Part shown: one piece after another, positions 9,301 to 19,312 of the stretch
Position numbering within the stretch: the first letter of the stretch is position 1
How the letters are laid out: the number at the start of each line of letters is the position of its first letter
Virus record (IMG/VR): IMGVR_UViG_3300042397_001048
Direction: 5' to 3' (one strand)
DNA length: 64,000 nt
DNA from: an uncultured virus (IMG/VR IMGVR_UViG_3300042397_001048)
Taxonomy: Duplodnaviria; Heunggongvirae; Uroviricota; Caudoviricetes; Crassvirales
The notes under the pieces: model-generated
What the model saw: only the letters and a program-made list of their open reading frames with translations
Database searches by the model: none
Told to the model about the DNA's origin: nothing
Program-made: the position numbers and the translations under genes

Positions 9301-10892
9301 TTTGCTTTAATTTCTTCTTTTATAAAATTATATATCCAAGTTGATATAGAATATTCTTTATTTAAATCAATATCTTCAAACCATTCTTCTTTAGCATCTT
9401 TAGAATGCAACCATAGATGCGACAAATAAGGATATTTAGATATAATATTTTTATAGAAATAATAAGCAACTGATTGAGGGCATTTATAGTTACCCCATGA
9501 ATGCATATTTAAGTTTGGCAACGCCAACCAAATATCGCACATTTCTCCTCCATGTTCACATTTGTCCCAAAAAGAAGAAACAGATACAAAATCTTCAAAT
9601 AAATATAACAATGTTAATCCAAAATTCCACGTATCTCCATGTTCATTTATTCTTTTGTTACAAATATCATTAGTTATAGATTGCCAACTAAATGTTCCTC
9701 CAATATTAATTATATCTTGTGATGATGTAAATTTTTCACTTGTTATAATATCATTTATAAAACTTGACTTTGGTTCCCAGTTCTGCCAACAATCATTTCT
9801 AGGGAACATATTTATATGATCATAACCACGTATTTCTCTTGTATACCCAGGAACACATTCTTCATCTTTAATATTATTATAGAATGAAGTATGTGGGTCG
9901 TAAGAACGGCAAATTAAATTTTTCTTATTACTCATTTTATTAATACATACATCGTCTGTATCAATATAGCTACCACCAAACTTGTAAAGTATAATGAGTC
10001 TAAATAAGTCAGAGAAATCTCTTGGATGTATCGCCCTATATTTATCTATAGTAGATTGTGCTATAGGTATACCACTTAATAATGAATCAGTTAATTTTAT
10101 AACACGAACACGGCTGTCTAATTGAGTTGGTGAAATAGAATTACTTATTAAATATATAATTCGATCTGGATTAAATATATATGTTGAATAGATACAATTT
10201 TTCAATATCTCAAATCTTCTTTCCGATATATCTCCGTCCCAATAAAAAAAAACATTTTTTTCAGAAGGTGTTATTTCGTATTTATATTTTGATTCAAACA
10301 CGTCTATATCATTTTTTTGTATAAGAGTAAATTCATTTCTAATTGATGTTCTTGATACATTATCAAATTCAATATTTAAACCTTCTATATAATAAACATC
10401 ATTATGTTTAATAATCCAATCGTCACCACAAGCTATTTTTAAATCACTAGGAATATCAACCCAATCATGTTTTTTTAAAAACATACAGCATCCCCATCCC
10501 CATACCCTTTCATTAATTTTTTTTATTTCAAAATCTCCTTTGGGTAATTCTTTATTATAATTTGCTGTTGACATTCCAATAACCTTATCATTAAGGTTTT
10601 CCAAAACAAATGGTAAACCATCTACATCCCAATATAAGTCATCGTTAGATAAACATACGTTATCATATTTTGCTAATGACACACCAATATTCCATGCTTG
10701 ATTAACATATATATTTTCAGGCATTGATAATGTTATTACTTTACTATGATTTGTATTTGCTTTTTCCTCTGAAAGCCAATTGTTGTCAATTATTATTATT
10801 TCTCCAACTAAATCAGATTCGTTTAGTTTGTGTAGCAATTTTTCTAGATATACGTTTGCATACCACATTGTTGGTATTATTATTGAAAACAT
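9297..10892 (-). CDS. Two-domain glycosyltransferase: GT2-like plus GT32-like DXD sugar-binding domain
   Basis: FSIIIPT..EIIIIDN..NQAWNIG..LSNDD (GT2) and SDLFRLIILYKFGGSYIDTD (GT32/Och1-type). Confidence 0.85.
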   Translation of the reverse strand: MFSIIIPTMWYANVYLEKLLHKLNESDLVGEIIIIDNNWLSEEKANTNHSKVITLSMPENIYVNQAWNIGVSLAKYDNVCLSNDDLYWDVDGLPFVLENLNDKVIGMSTANYNKELPKGDFEIKKINERVWGWGCCMFLKKHDWVDIPSDLKIACGDDWIIKHNDVYYIEGLNIEFDNVSRTSIRNEFTLIQKNDIDVFESKYKYEITPSEKNVFFYWDGDISERRFEILKNCIYSTYIFNPDRIIYLISNSISPTQLDSRVRVIKLTDSLLSGIPIAQSTIDKYRAIHPRDFSDLFRLIILYKFGGSYIDTDDVCINKMSNKKNLICRSYDPHTSFYNNIKDEECVPGYTREIRGYDHINMFPRNDCWQNWEPKSSFINDIITSEKFTSSQDIINIGGTFSWQSITNDICNKRINEHGDTWNFGLTLLYLFEDFVSVSSFWDKCEHGGEMCDIWLALPNLNMHSWGNYKCPQSVAYYFYKNIISKYPYLSHLWLHSKDAKEEWFEDIDLNKEYSISTWIYNFIKEEIKAK

Positions 10893-10893
10893 A

Positions 10894-11802
10894 TTATAGA
10901 ATTTGCTTTAGTAATTCGTAATATCTGTAACTGCAAGACCCTTTTTCAACTATTAAATCTTTTGGAGGTAAAGAATTCATATAGGCAGATTTATAAAAAT
11001 ACTTTGTGTCAGTATTAAGCACTCCTGCATTATGCATGATTGCATGTTTATCCCAATCAGATTCTATACTTGTAGCCCAACTAAACTCTAGTTCAGGGTG
11101 GCAGACAGTTTCGTATCCACGTTGCCATCCGTTCCAAAGGACAGCCCACATATCGGCACACCAAATTTGCAATGGATTTATATCAGGATTTTCAGCTTTC
11201 TTTTTATTTACTAAAAATGATACATCATTAAATAAGACTTCAGAATCACGTTCTACTTTTGCCCAGTAATATTCATCAATACCTTTCATTAAATATTGAG
11301 CACCAATAGAATTCAATTCATTCTTAACAATATAGCTTTTATCTATGTTTACAATGTTACACATAAGAGATAACTCTTCCATGCCTTTGCTTACGATATA
11401 ATCGTGACCAATATACCACCTACAATCGCTACCATACCATTTGTCATCTTGTAAAAATTTATCCCAATTAATCGGACGTGTAAAAACAATATCACAATCA
11501 TGATAAAATATTGCATCATGTTTTAAATATGGATGCGCAATAAAGTGTTGCTTAATAATATTAGGTCTAATAGAACTAATATAATTTCTACTTATTCTAG
11601 TGTCGTTATAGAAAAAAAATCTTGCAGGATATTTTTCAGCTAACCTAGTCCATTCGGGTGGAATAATATTATTCTCAATACTGCACACTATGTCCATCAT
11701 ATTGGGATTAATACCCATAGACATAAAATTAGTAATCACAAGCTCAACCTGCCATATGTAATAAGTATTAGCAGGTTGAGCACATAAGAATCGTAATTTC
11801 AT
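10894..11802 (-). CDS. GT-A fold glycosyltransferase resembling peptidyl-Ser galactosyltransferase / Hyp O-arabinosyltransferase (GT96/GT95)
   Basis: YYIWQ, SIRP, YHDCDIVFTRP (DXD) and WCADMWA parallel, in order, the recalled YxxWQ, NKP, DxD and WxxEMY motifs of that group. Confidence 0.6.
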   Translation of the reverse strand: MKLRFLCAQPANTYYIWQVELVITNFMSMGINPNMMDIVCSIENNIIPPEWTRLAEKYPARFFFYNDTRISRNYISSIRPNIIKQHFIAHPYLKHDAIFYHDCDIVFTRPINWDKFLQDDKWYGSDCRWYIGHDYIVSKGMEELSLMCNIVNIDKSYIVKNELNSIGAQYLMKGIDEYYWAKVERDSEVLFNDVSFLVNKKKAENPDINPLQIWCADMWAVLWNGWQRGYETVCHPELEFSWATSIESDWDKHAIMHNAGVLNTDTKYFYKSAYMNSLPPKDLIVEKGSCSYRYYELLKQIL

Positions 11803-11818
11803 TTTATTTTATTTTATT

Positions 11819-14800
11819 TTAACTACAAGGGCCAAGTGGTCCATTTATTATTAATCCGTCGTATGAATATGGATAATATCCATTAGCTACGCAATATTGT
11901 GGTGATGTAAATGGATCTACGTAGACAGTTGTTTCATTTGTACTCCCACATGGTACATAATATACGTATCCTCCGTTTCCTACATCATCAATGAAAGTGT
12001 AGAAATTACAAGTTACAGGAGGAGATGTTGGTGCTGCCGTAGGTGCTGCCGTAGGTGCTGCCGTAGGAGGTACCGTTGGTGCTGCTGTAGGAGCCACATA
12101 TCCACAACTTGGTGAGTCGGATTGAATAAGTTCACTGAATGTTCCACAATTTCCATCAGCATATACTCCATACAAATCAACTCCAGTACAGAATGTTGAT
12201 AATAATGTTCCATAAGGAATACATGTAGTAGTGGGTGCTGCCGTTGGACCTACTGTAGGTGCTGCCGTTGGTGGTACCGTCGGTGCTGCAGTAGGTGTTA
12301 CCGTAGGGGGCACTGTAGGAGCTATTGTAGGGGCTAAAGTGGGAGCTAAAGTCGTAGTCGTTGCTAATGTAGGCGGTACTGTAGGTGCCACCGTAGGAGC
12401 AACTGTAGGAGCAATAGTCGTAGTCGTTGCCAATGTAGGAGGCACTGTAGGTGCTACCGTTGGAGCAACTGTAGGTGCTAATGTTGGAGGTACACTACAA
12501 GGTTCAATTTGATAAATAGTGAAGTTAAATCCTGTAACTGTTCCATTTTGAGCACAGAAAGTAGTACTATATGACAATGCAGCTACATTTTGTGTTCTTT
12601 CAGTACCATCACAATCTGTCCACGATAAAGTAAATGTTTCTTCATTGTTATTAAATGCATTGTAATTATAACAAACGCTTGGTGCTAATGTGGTAGTCGG
12701 TGCTAAAGTAGTAGTAGTAGCAGGATTACATATTGCATTACAATCGTCATAAGCAACTGTTTGCATTAAATTAGCAAAAGCATTATAAGGTGCTACTGCA
12801 AGAATTCTGTAATTGAAATCACCACTAAAGCTTATATAGTTTTTATTTATAGTTACTGTCGTGCCAGGAGCAAACTTAACTATAACATTTGTATCTACTG
12901 GAGTACCACAGTTAATACATTCATACTTATCAGCATAATAGTAATCAAATGGTTCAATTGTTGTAGTAGGAGCCGCTGTTGGCGGTACTGTTGGTGCTAC
13001 TGTTGGTGGTACTGTAGGTGCCAATGTAGGAGGCACTGTAGGAGCCAAAGTAGGAGCTAAAGTCGTACTAGTTGTCGGAGCTAAAGTAGTACTAGTTGTC
13101 GGAGCTAAAGTAGTACTAGTTGTCGGAGACAAAGTAGTACTAGTTGTCGGTGACAAAGTAGTCGTTGTGCTAGTAGGAGCTATTGTAGTAGTTGGAGCAA
13201 CCCCGCAAGAATTAATTAAATAAACTTCAAAGTCGTATCCAAATACACTTCCTTCTTGTGCACAGAAAGTTGTACTGAATGATAAAGCCGGTACGTTTTC
13301 ACTTCTTGGATTACCATTACATTCTGTCCAAGTTAAAGTAGTTGTCTCATTATTAGTATTATATGCATTATAGTTATAACAGTTAATTGGTGCTATTGTC
13401 GGTGCTAAAGTCGGAGCTAAAGTCGTACTAGTTGTCGGAGCTAAAGTAGTACTAGTAGTCGGAGACAAAGTAGTACTAGTAGTCGGAGACAAAGTAGTAC
13501 TAGTAGTTGGAGACAAAGTAGTACTAGTTGTTGGAGACAAAGTAGTAGTTGTAGTAGGAGCCGAAGTTGTAGTAGGTGAAACACATGGCTCTAGTCTAGT
13601 AATTGTAAAATTATATCCAACTACAGAATCTTCTATAGCACAAACTGTAGTAGATATTAATGCCCCTACTGTTACACTTCTTTCTGTATAGTCGCAATCT
13701 GTCCATGACAAAGTAAATGGCTCTCCATTATTATTGGTTGCTCTATATGTATAACATGTAGCTGGAGGGCAATTGCCAAGTAAATCAGCTCTAGTTCCAA
13801 AATTACCAGATACAAAATTCATTCCATATGCAGTATCAATACATACAAAGAAAACGGGGTCTGTATATAATAAATTTTTATTTGTAATCGTATTTGATCC
13901 ACAAAGTTTATATCTCCATAATGCAGAACCTGTATAAGGAGGCTCAATAAGCCAATACTGACATAAACCTGGTGAATATGTAGTAGTTGGCGGTGCAATA
14001 GTTGAAGTAGTAGGTGGCCCAGCTGTTGTTGAGGTAGTAGGTCCTTGAGTTGGATTTGGAAAACATTCACCAACTAATGTTAAATATTGAGAATCAAATC
14101 CTGACAAAGTTTCATATTGTGCACAAATAAATTGTCCATTATTAATTATTTCCTGTCTTCTAACAGACCCACTACAATCAACATAACTAACAATTAGTTG
14201 ACGACCAGAATTATTTCTATAATTCTCGCATGCATAGATTGGCCTCATTGTTGTTGTCGTTCTTGCTGCAGTTGGCGTAATTGTAGTAGTAGGAACAGTA
14301 CAAGGCTCTAGTCTATATATTGTAAATTCAAATCCAAATACACTGTCATTCTCAGCACAGAAAGTTGTACTTAATGATAAAGCCGGTACATTTTGTGTTC
14401 TAGGTGTTCCATCACAAGCTGTCCAAGATAAAGTAAATGGCTCATCATTATTATTAAATGCATTATAATTATAACAATTGCTTGGAGGTAAAGTAGTAGT
14501 TGTGCCCGTACAAGCATTAGCACAAGTATTATATGCAAAAGTTTGCAATTGATTAGCAAATGCATTAAATGGCGCAATAGCTGTTAATAAATAAATATAA
14601 TCTCCACTAAATGAAACATAATATTTTCCTATTATCCCTGTAACATTTGCAAGTTTAACAATTAAATTTTCACCTAAAGAAACAGTACAATCAGCACATT
14701 CCAATTTAGTTGCATAATAATAATTGAAATTTGGCAAAGTTGTAGGAGGAGCTAATGTAGGAGCTAATGTAGGAGCTAATGTAGGAGCTAATGTAGGAGT

Positions 14801-14845
14801 TATAGTAGTTGTTGGTACTAATGTAGTAGTTGGAACTATAACATT
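11819..14845 (-). repeat. Mucin-like coding repeats (TTSTTL[SA]P, PT[LV][AP]) alternating with Cys-rich domains
   Basis: 24-nt units at about 13060-13170 and 13420-13550. GCTAATGTAGGA x4 perfect at 14751-14798. Repeated CYxY...F.LSWT.C.G domains. Confidence 0.95.
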
Positions 14846-17800
14846 AGACTGTGCAATATTTATTATATATTGAATTCCACAACTTGTTAATATTAATTGT
14901 GCATCTCTATTATAAGTAGTATCATTTAATGATATTGTTATCACTGCATTTCCAATACCAACGGAAGAAGATAATGTAATCCATTGTGCAGCATTTTCAA
15001 TTGCCCATTCTTGATTTGCAGTAATAGTCAAATATTGCGCACTTGGATTAGCACTAAAAGAAAATGATGTACTAGATAATTCAATTGTACAACCTGTAAT
15101 ATCTTTAGTATTATTAGCTAATACGTAATGCTCAAAATATGGATCAAAAATTCCAATTTTACCAGTTCTTGGGTCTAGATTTGATTTAAACCAGTTTTTC
15201 ATACCCTGTGAAGATATTTCAAACAAACCGTTATTCCCTAGTCTTAAAATAGCCCCTCTTCTAGCATCTGTAAAAAACATATCATCTCCCCATATGGCAA
15301 AACTTTCAGGGTTTTCACTAATACCATATTCTCCAACATATGCAATTTGAGTACCTAGAACTTCAGGAACAGAAGCAATCGTACCTCCACCTACAGAATC
15401 ACTAAGTAAATTTTTACCATATAAAACTTTAGATACTTTATTTTCTTGTAATACAATTAAATCTGTATCACGAGAATATAATTTCTGAATAGATCCAAAA
15501 AATATATCTAAATATTTAAAATTACCTATTGATAAATTAAATTCATTTAATCTATTAATTGAGGTTGTTTGTTGGTATACACCACTATAAGTTAATGCTT
15601 GAACTAATATTTGTTCAGCATATCCTTCTGAAGTTGAATTAGCTCGTGGGCTAAATTCCATTGTAGATGAATTAAAATCATCTCTAATTCTATAACTTTC
15701 TACATTGTTACCCCACGCAAAAGCATTAAAGTTTCCGTTTGCATTAAAAGTATTTAAATCAGTTATAGCTGGTTGTGCCCCAATTATTTGATTTGTTTGA
15801 TTACCATAATGGTTGCCGTTTATAATTGGATATGTTCCAATCAACTCATAGTAAATATCTTGATTTGAATCTACAGGAACAGTTTCAAAAAGAATAGAAG
15901 TTTCTTGTTGAACTATACTTAGTTTTGCAAGGAAACTATTAGGAACATTATAATCAAGAGTTTGCAATAACATTGCTACCGGCTCATTTAAAGTAACCGC
16001 TCCAATAGACCCCCCTTGACTAGCAGTTTGGCCAAGATTACTAGTTGGCAAAACAAGAACCCGTCTAAAACTTACACTTGAATTACCTCCATCCATAAAG
16101 CTAAAATTTGCATAAGCTCCATCTTGGATGAACCACTCTTCAATATTTACATAGTAAGAAGATGAAATAAATTGTTTTTTTATTTCGGTCCCGGTAGTAC
16201 CATATTTAACATTAAAGTCTAAAACTGCACCAGGATAAATAGGTCTACTTCCTACGACAGAATTACCTAATGCCCATTCTCTTGTAGTTACATATACAGC
16301 AGCAGCTGCTGAATTTACAGTATTTATTGCCGATACTCCACCAAATATATTCATAGGGCCTAGCCCACTAGTGTAACTAGCCCTACAGTTAATAACCCAA
16401 AAGTCTCCTTTTTTATGTCCAGTTTGTGATGCAAAGTTTATTTTACATGACATCGAACACGCATAAGTTCCATAGTCAGTATTTCTAGCAATTGCAGTTC
16501 CAGAATAACTTAATGTTTCATCTAAATTTGCAGTAATAGGTATACTATTAGTTGATACTAATATCTTTTGATTGTTACCAAAAATTATATAGTATTTATA
16601 TGTATCTCTAGTTCCTACTGAATCTATTTCTACGTAAAATCTAGCATCAACATTTGGCTTACCAACAGGGACAGTAATAAAATATCTATTAGCATCACCT
16701 GTAGTCATGTCATTTAAACCACTACCATAAAATATGGCTTTTTCTGCTACCTGAAATTGATTTGTAACTGCGGTTCCCCCAAGGTTATTTCTACCTCCAT
16801 ATCCAGAATAAATAAATGATGGAGGAAGAGAAGTACTTAAAACTTTTACTTTAAAATAAATACCAGAAGGTTGCGTGTTCCCATTGTTTAAAAAATTAGC
16901 TGATTTAGTTTCTATGTCTAAAATTTTATACTGTGTAGCAGGAGAAGGGTTTGTGCTATTTTTTAAATATAAATACGACCCAGCAGATATTTTATCAACA
17001 TCTGATTGATTTATTAAAAACCATTTAAAGTCTCCATCTGTAAAATAAGTTAATGGAAATACATTATAATAATCTTGTTTATTTTGTTTAATTACAAAAC
17101 GATAAGATGTAGCAAAACAAGGAGGTTTGTAACTTTTGTCAATAGTAACACGTATATTATTAGCTACATTAGAATTACTAGCAGGTATAAAAATAGTATT
17201 ACTAGTGGCAGGTAAATTGTTTCCTTTGGGAACTATTACTGTTGTACTACGACCATAATCATCTAAATAAACAATTCCAATCTCGTAATCTCTATTACTT
17301 TTAAATGTAGGCTTAGGATTACTATTTGTTATAGATTGTGTTGTTAATGATAAACTAAATACCGGAGATATAGGATTATTTTGACAATCAACTAAATTAA
17401 AAAACTGAGTATAATTACCATATATTAATCTATTACCAATCAACTCTTGCGCTTTAGCACGCAATGGTACATTATCAAAAAGTCTATTTACTTGATTTGG
17501 GTCTAATAATGTAAATACTTTGTTATTTTTAAATTGATATGTTTGTGCTTGAACGCTAGATAAATTCCTAGTTTCTATATTATCAATAACATATGTATTT
17601 ACACTAGATGTATCTCTAAATATTAGTTGTACTTCTTTTACATTATCTCCTCCTCTTAAATAAGTAATTGTTACAGTATCATATATATTGACCATAGATA
17701 TATTTTCACCTACACCATAGTCATATGAAAATTGTTTAGGAAGAAAAGCAACAGCTGAAAATGGAGCTAGTGCACTATATTCATCATCAATATATTTATA

Positions 17801-18415
17801 TCTATATGAAAAATATAAAAATTTATTTTCTAAATTATTGGAATCACCTGTATTAGATAATGCTATTGTTGGCGAATTTAAAGGAGGGGCAACAATTACA
17901 TTGATATCATTTTCATCAAATCCATCTACTAGGTAATTCTTTGATCTTTCGATATTTATCCTTCTAGGTGGATTGTAATTATCAGTCCAAAATATTAGAC
18001 CATTAATAAAATTTATACCTGTTATATAAAATAATTTACTAAAATTAAGGATAGATGAAGTTGTAGGTGTTTTTGTAGCTTTTAATACAATTTGAGTTGT
18101 ATTAATATCTTCATTGTATTCATAAATTGCATCAGCAAAATCAGATGTAACAAACCAATATATTTTATTTTCAGCGGCTACAGAAATAGAACCAATACAG
18201 ATAGCATTAGTTAATCCCAAGTTTGAGTTTATAATTATATTGCCTAAATAATTCTGAACAGAACCATTGTTCTCTCCATCTGCAGTATTAAAATACCCAT
18301 CAGAATCATTAACAATAATATTTAAAGCATCACGATATTGTCCATCGGGTAAAAAATGAGGATCTAAATCCTTGTTCATTATACCTTGCAGGAAGTTCCT
18401 TTGTAACTCAGCCAT
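11819..18415 (-). CDS. Tail muzzle/stabilisation protein fused to a BACON domain and a mucin-like PTS/Cys-rich extension, 2198 aa
   Basis: MNKDLD...GQYRDALNI, FWTDNYNPPRRINI, GNRLIYGNY and YGISENPESFA motifs. BACON-like segment at about 14850-15095. Repeats at 11819-14845. Confidence 0.85.
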   Translation of the reverse strand: MAELQRNFLQGIMNKDLDPHFLPDGQYRDALNIIVNDSDGYFNTADGENNGSVQNYLGNIIINSNLGLTNAICIGSISVAAENKIYWFVTSDFADAIYEYNEDINTTQIVLKATKTPTTSSILNFSKLFYITGINFINGLIFWTDNYNPPRRINIERSKNYLVDGFDENDINVIVAPPLNSPTIALSNTGDSNNLENKFLYFSYRYKYIDDEYSALAPFSAVAFLPKQFSYDYGVGENISMVNIYDTVTITYLRGGDNVKEVQLIFRDTSSVNTYVIDNIETRNLSSVQAQTYQFKNNKVFTLLDPNQVNRLFDNVPLRAKAQELIGNRLIYGNYTQFFNLVDCQNNPISPVFSLSLTTQSITNSNPKPTFKSNRDYEIGIVYLDDYGRSTTVIVPKGNNLPATSNTIFIPASNSNVANNIRVTIDKSYKPPCFATSYRFVIKQNKQDYYNVFPLTYFTDGDFKWFLINQSDVDKISAGSYLYLKNSTNPSPATQYKILDIETKSANFLNNGNTQPSGIYFKVKVLSTSLPPSFIYSGYGGRNNLGGTAVTNQFQVAEKAIFYGSGLNDMTTGDANRYFITVPVGKPNVDARFYVEIDSVGTRDTYKYYIIFGNNQKILVSTNSIPITANLDETLSYSGTAIARNTDYGTYACSMSCKINFASQTGHKKGDFWVINCRASYTSGLGPMNIFGGVSAINTVNSAAAAVYVTTREWALGNSVVGSRPIYPGAVLDFNVKYGTTGTEIKKQFISSSYYVNIEEWFIQDGAYANFSFMDGGNSSVSFRRVLVLPTSNLGQTASQGGSIGAVTLNEPVAMLLQTLDYNVPNSFLAKLSIVQQETSILFETVPVDSNQDIYYELIGTYPIINGNHYGNQTNQIIGAQPAITDLNTFNANGNFNAFAWGNNVESYRIRDDFNSSTMEFSPRANSTSEGYAEQILVQALTYSGVYQQTTSINRLNEFNLSIGNFKYLDIFFGSIQKLYSRDTDLIVLQENKVSKVLYGKNLLSDSVGGGTIASVPEVLGTQIAYVGEYGISENPESFAIWGDDMFFTDARRGAILRLGNNGLFEISSQGMKNWFKSNLDPRTGKIGIFDPYFEHYVLANNTKDITGCTIELSSTSFSFSANPSAQYLTITANQEWAIENAAQWITLSSSVGIGNAVITISLNDTTYNRDAQLILTSCGIQYIINIAQSNVIVPTTTLVPTTTITPTLAPTLAPTLAPTLAPPTTLPNFNYYYATKLECADCTVSLGENLIVKLANVTGIIGKYYVSFSGDYIYLLTAIAPFNAFANQLQTFAYNTCANACTGTTTTLPPSNCYNYNAFNNNDEPFTLSWTACDGTPRTQNVPALSLSTTFCAENDSVFGFEFTIYRLEPCTVPTTTITPTAARTTTTMRPIYACENYRNNSGRQLIVSYVDCSGSVRRQEIINNGQFICAQYETLSGFDSQYLTLVGECFPNPTQGPTTSTTAGPPTTSTIAPPTTTYSPGLCQYWLIEPPYTGSALWRYKLCGSNTITNKNLLYTDPVFFVCIDTAYGMNFVSGNFGTRADLLGNCPPATCYTYRATNNNGEPFTLSWTDCDYTERSVTVGALISTTVCAIEDSVVGYNFTITRLEPCVSPTTTSAPTTTTTLSPTTSTTLSPTTSTTLSPTTSTTLSPTTSTTLAPTTSTTLAPTLAPTIAPINCYNYNAYNTNNETTTLTWTECNGNPRSENVPALSFSTTFCAQEGSVFGYDFEVYLINSCGVAPTTTIAPTSTTTTLSPTTSTTLSPTTSTTLAPTTSTTLAPTTSTTLAPTLAPTVPPTLAPTVPPTVAPTVPPTAAPTTTIEPFDYYYADKYECINCGTPVDTNVIVKFAPGTTVTINKNYISFSGDFNYRILAVAPYNAFANLMQTVAYDDCNAICNPATTTTLAPTTTLAPSVCYNYNAFNNNEETFTLSWTDCDGTERTQNVAALSYSTTFCAQNGTVTGFNFTIYQIEPCSVPPTLAPTVAPTVAPTVPPTLATTTTIAPTVAPTVAPTVPPTLATTTTLAPTLAPTIAPTVPPTVTPTAAPTVPPTAAPTVGPTAAPTTTCIPYGTLLSTFCTGVDLYGVYADGNCGTFSELIQSDSPSCGYVAPTAAPTVPPTAAPTAAPTAAPTSPPVTCNFYTFIDDVGNGGYVYYVPCGSTNETTVYVDPFTSPQYCVANGYYPYSYDGLIINGPLGPCS

Positions 18416-19312
18416 TTATTTTATCCACTTAGATTGGCCTCTCATGTTCATTAACAAGCGACCAGGATGTAAATTACTTAATCTTATTTTAGCATTTCTC
18501 CAGTTGGAGGTTTTTTCTTTACGTGCTCTATTAATTATGTACTCAGGCTGATTCGCCTTTGTATTTAAAATCGCCCATTTAATGTACGAATAAATAAATT
18601 CTTCTGCTAATTTTGGCACAGGAATTTCTTCATCTGTTAAGCCATATAAGCCATCAGATATGTATTCCAATACAACTGACTGACGATGAACGCCTGTACT
18701 GAAGTTAATTACACCTGCAGTTTTATCAATAGTAAATGTTGGATTAGTATTTGCAGCTTCAGTGTTTAATCCGTAGTATTGACCACCTGGATAATTAAAA
18801 TACCATAGACCATCTAAATACCATCCCCATTGATCATTGTATTCACAGTAGCATTGATTCAATCCAATAAGACGAGATTCGTCTAACTTAGATGTTCCAA
18901 TTAAGGCTTCTCCATCTTCATCAAAAAGAATGTTGTAATATTGGTCTTGCAAGAATTCAGTAGATGAGTTAGCCTGCAAGTTCTCAGTCATAGGGTAAAG
19001 TACACCTCCACAAAATAATGAGATACGTACCCAGTTAACATAGTCAGGTGGCAATACAAATTTTAAATTATCGCCAACTTCAAGTTGCAAGTTATTAATA
19101 ACACGGTTCCCATCATACTGAAGCTCCTGTACTGCACGCTTTGCGTGAAACAGAATCTTATACCTATTGATGTTATTCAAAAGGTCACCGTCATCCATGT
19201 ACATTAATTGGAAGTTGTTAACAACATCCTTTAATGTTACATTTTGATAGGTGCCCCAATTTGAATCTTGTGGGTTTGTCCCATTATTGGTGTAATATTC
19301 TTCTTGAGTCAT
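18416..19312 (-). CDS. Tail ring/tubular structural protein
   Basis: LPPDYVNWVRIS and VVLEYISDG motifs; lies between the adaptor and muzzle genes. Confidence 0.7.
   Translation of the reverse strand: MTQEEYYTNNGTNPQDSNWGTYQNVTLKDVVNNFQLMYMDDGDLLNNINRYKILFHAKRAVQELQYDGNRVINNLQLEVGDNLKFVLPPDYVNWVRISLFCGGVLYPMTENLQANSSTEFLQDQYYNILFDEDGEALIGTSKLDESRLIGLNQCYCEYNDQWGWYLDGLWYFNYPGGQYYGLNTEAANTNPTFTIDKTAGVINFSTGVHRQSVVLEYISDGLYGLTDEEIPVPKLAEEFIYSYIKWAILNTKANQPEYIINRARKEKTSNWRNAKIRLSNLHPGRLLMNMRGQSKWIK

Noticed and set aside
10244..11619. Homopolymer runs of 8-9 nt in GT genes as phase-variation switches
   Set aside because: They are expected in very AT-rich Phe/Lys codons, and the frames are intact with no meaningful shifted product noticed.
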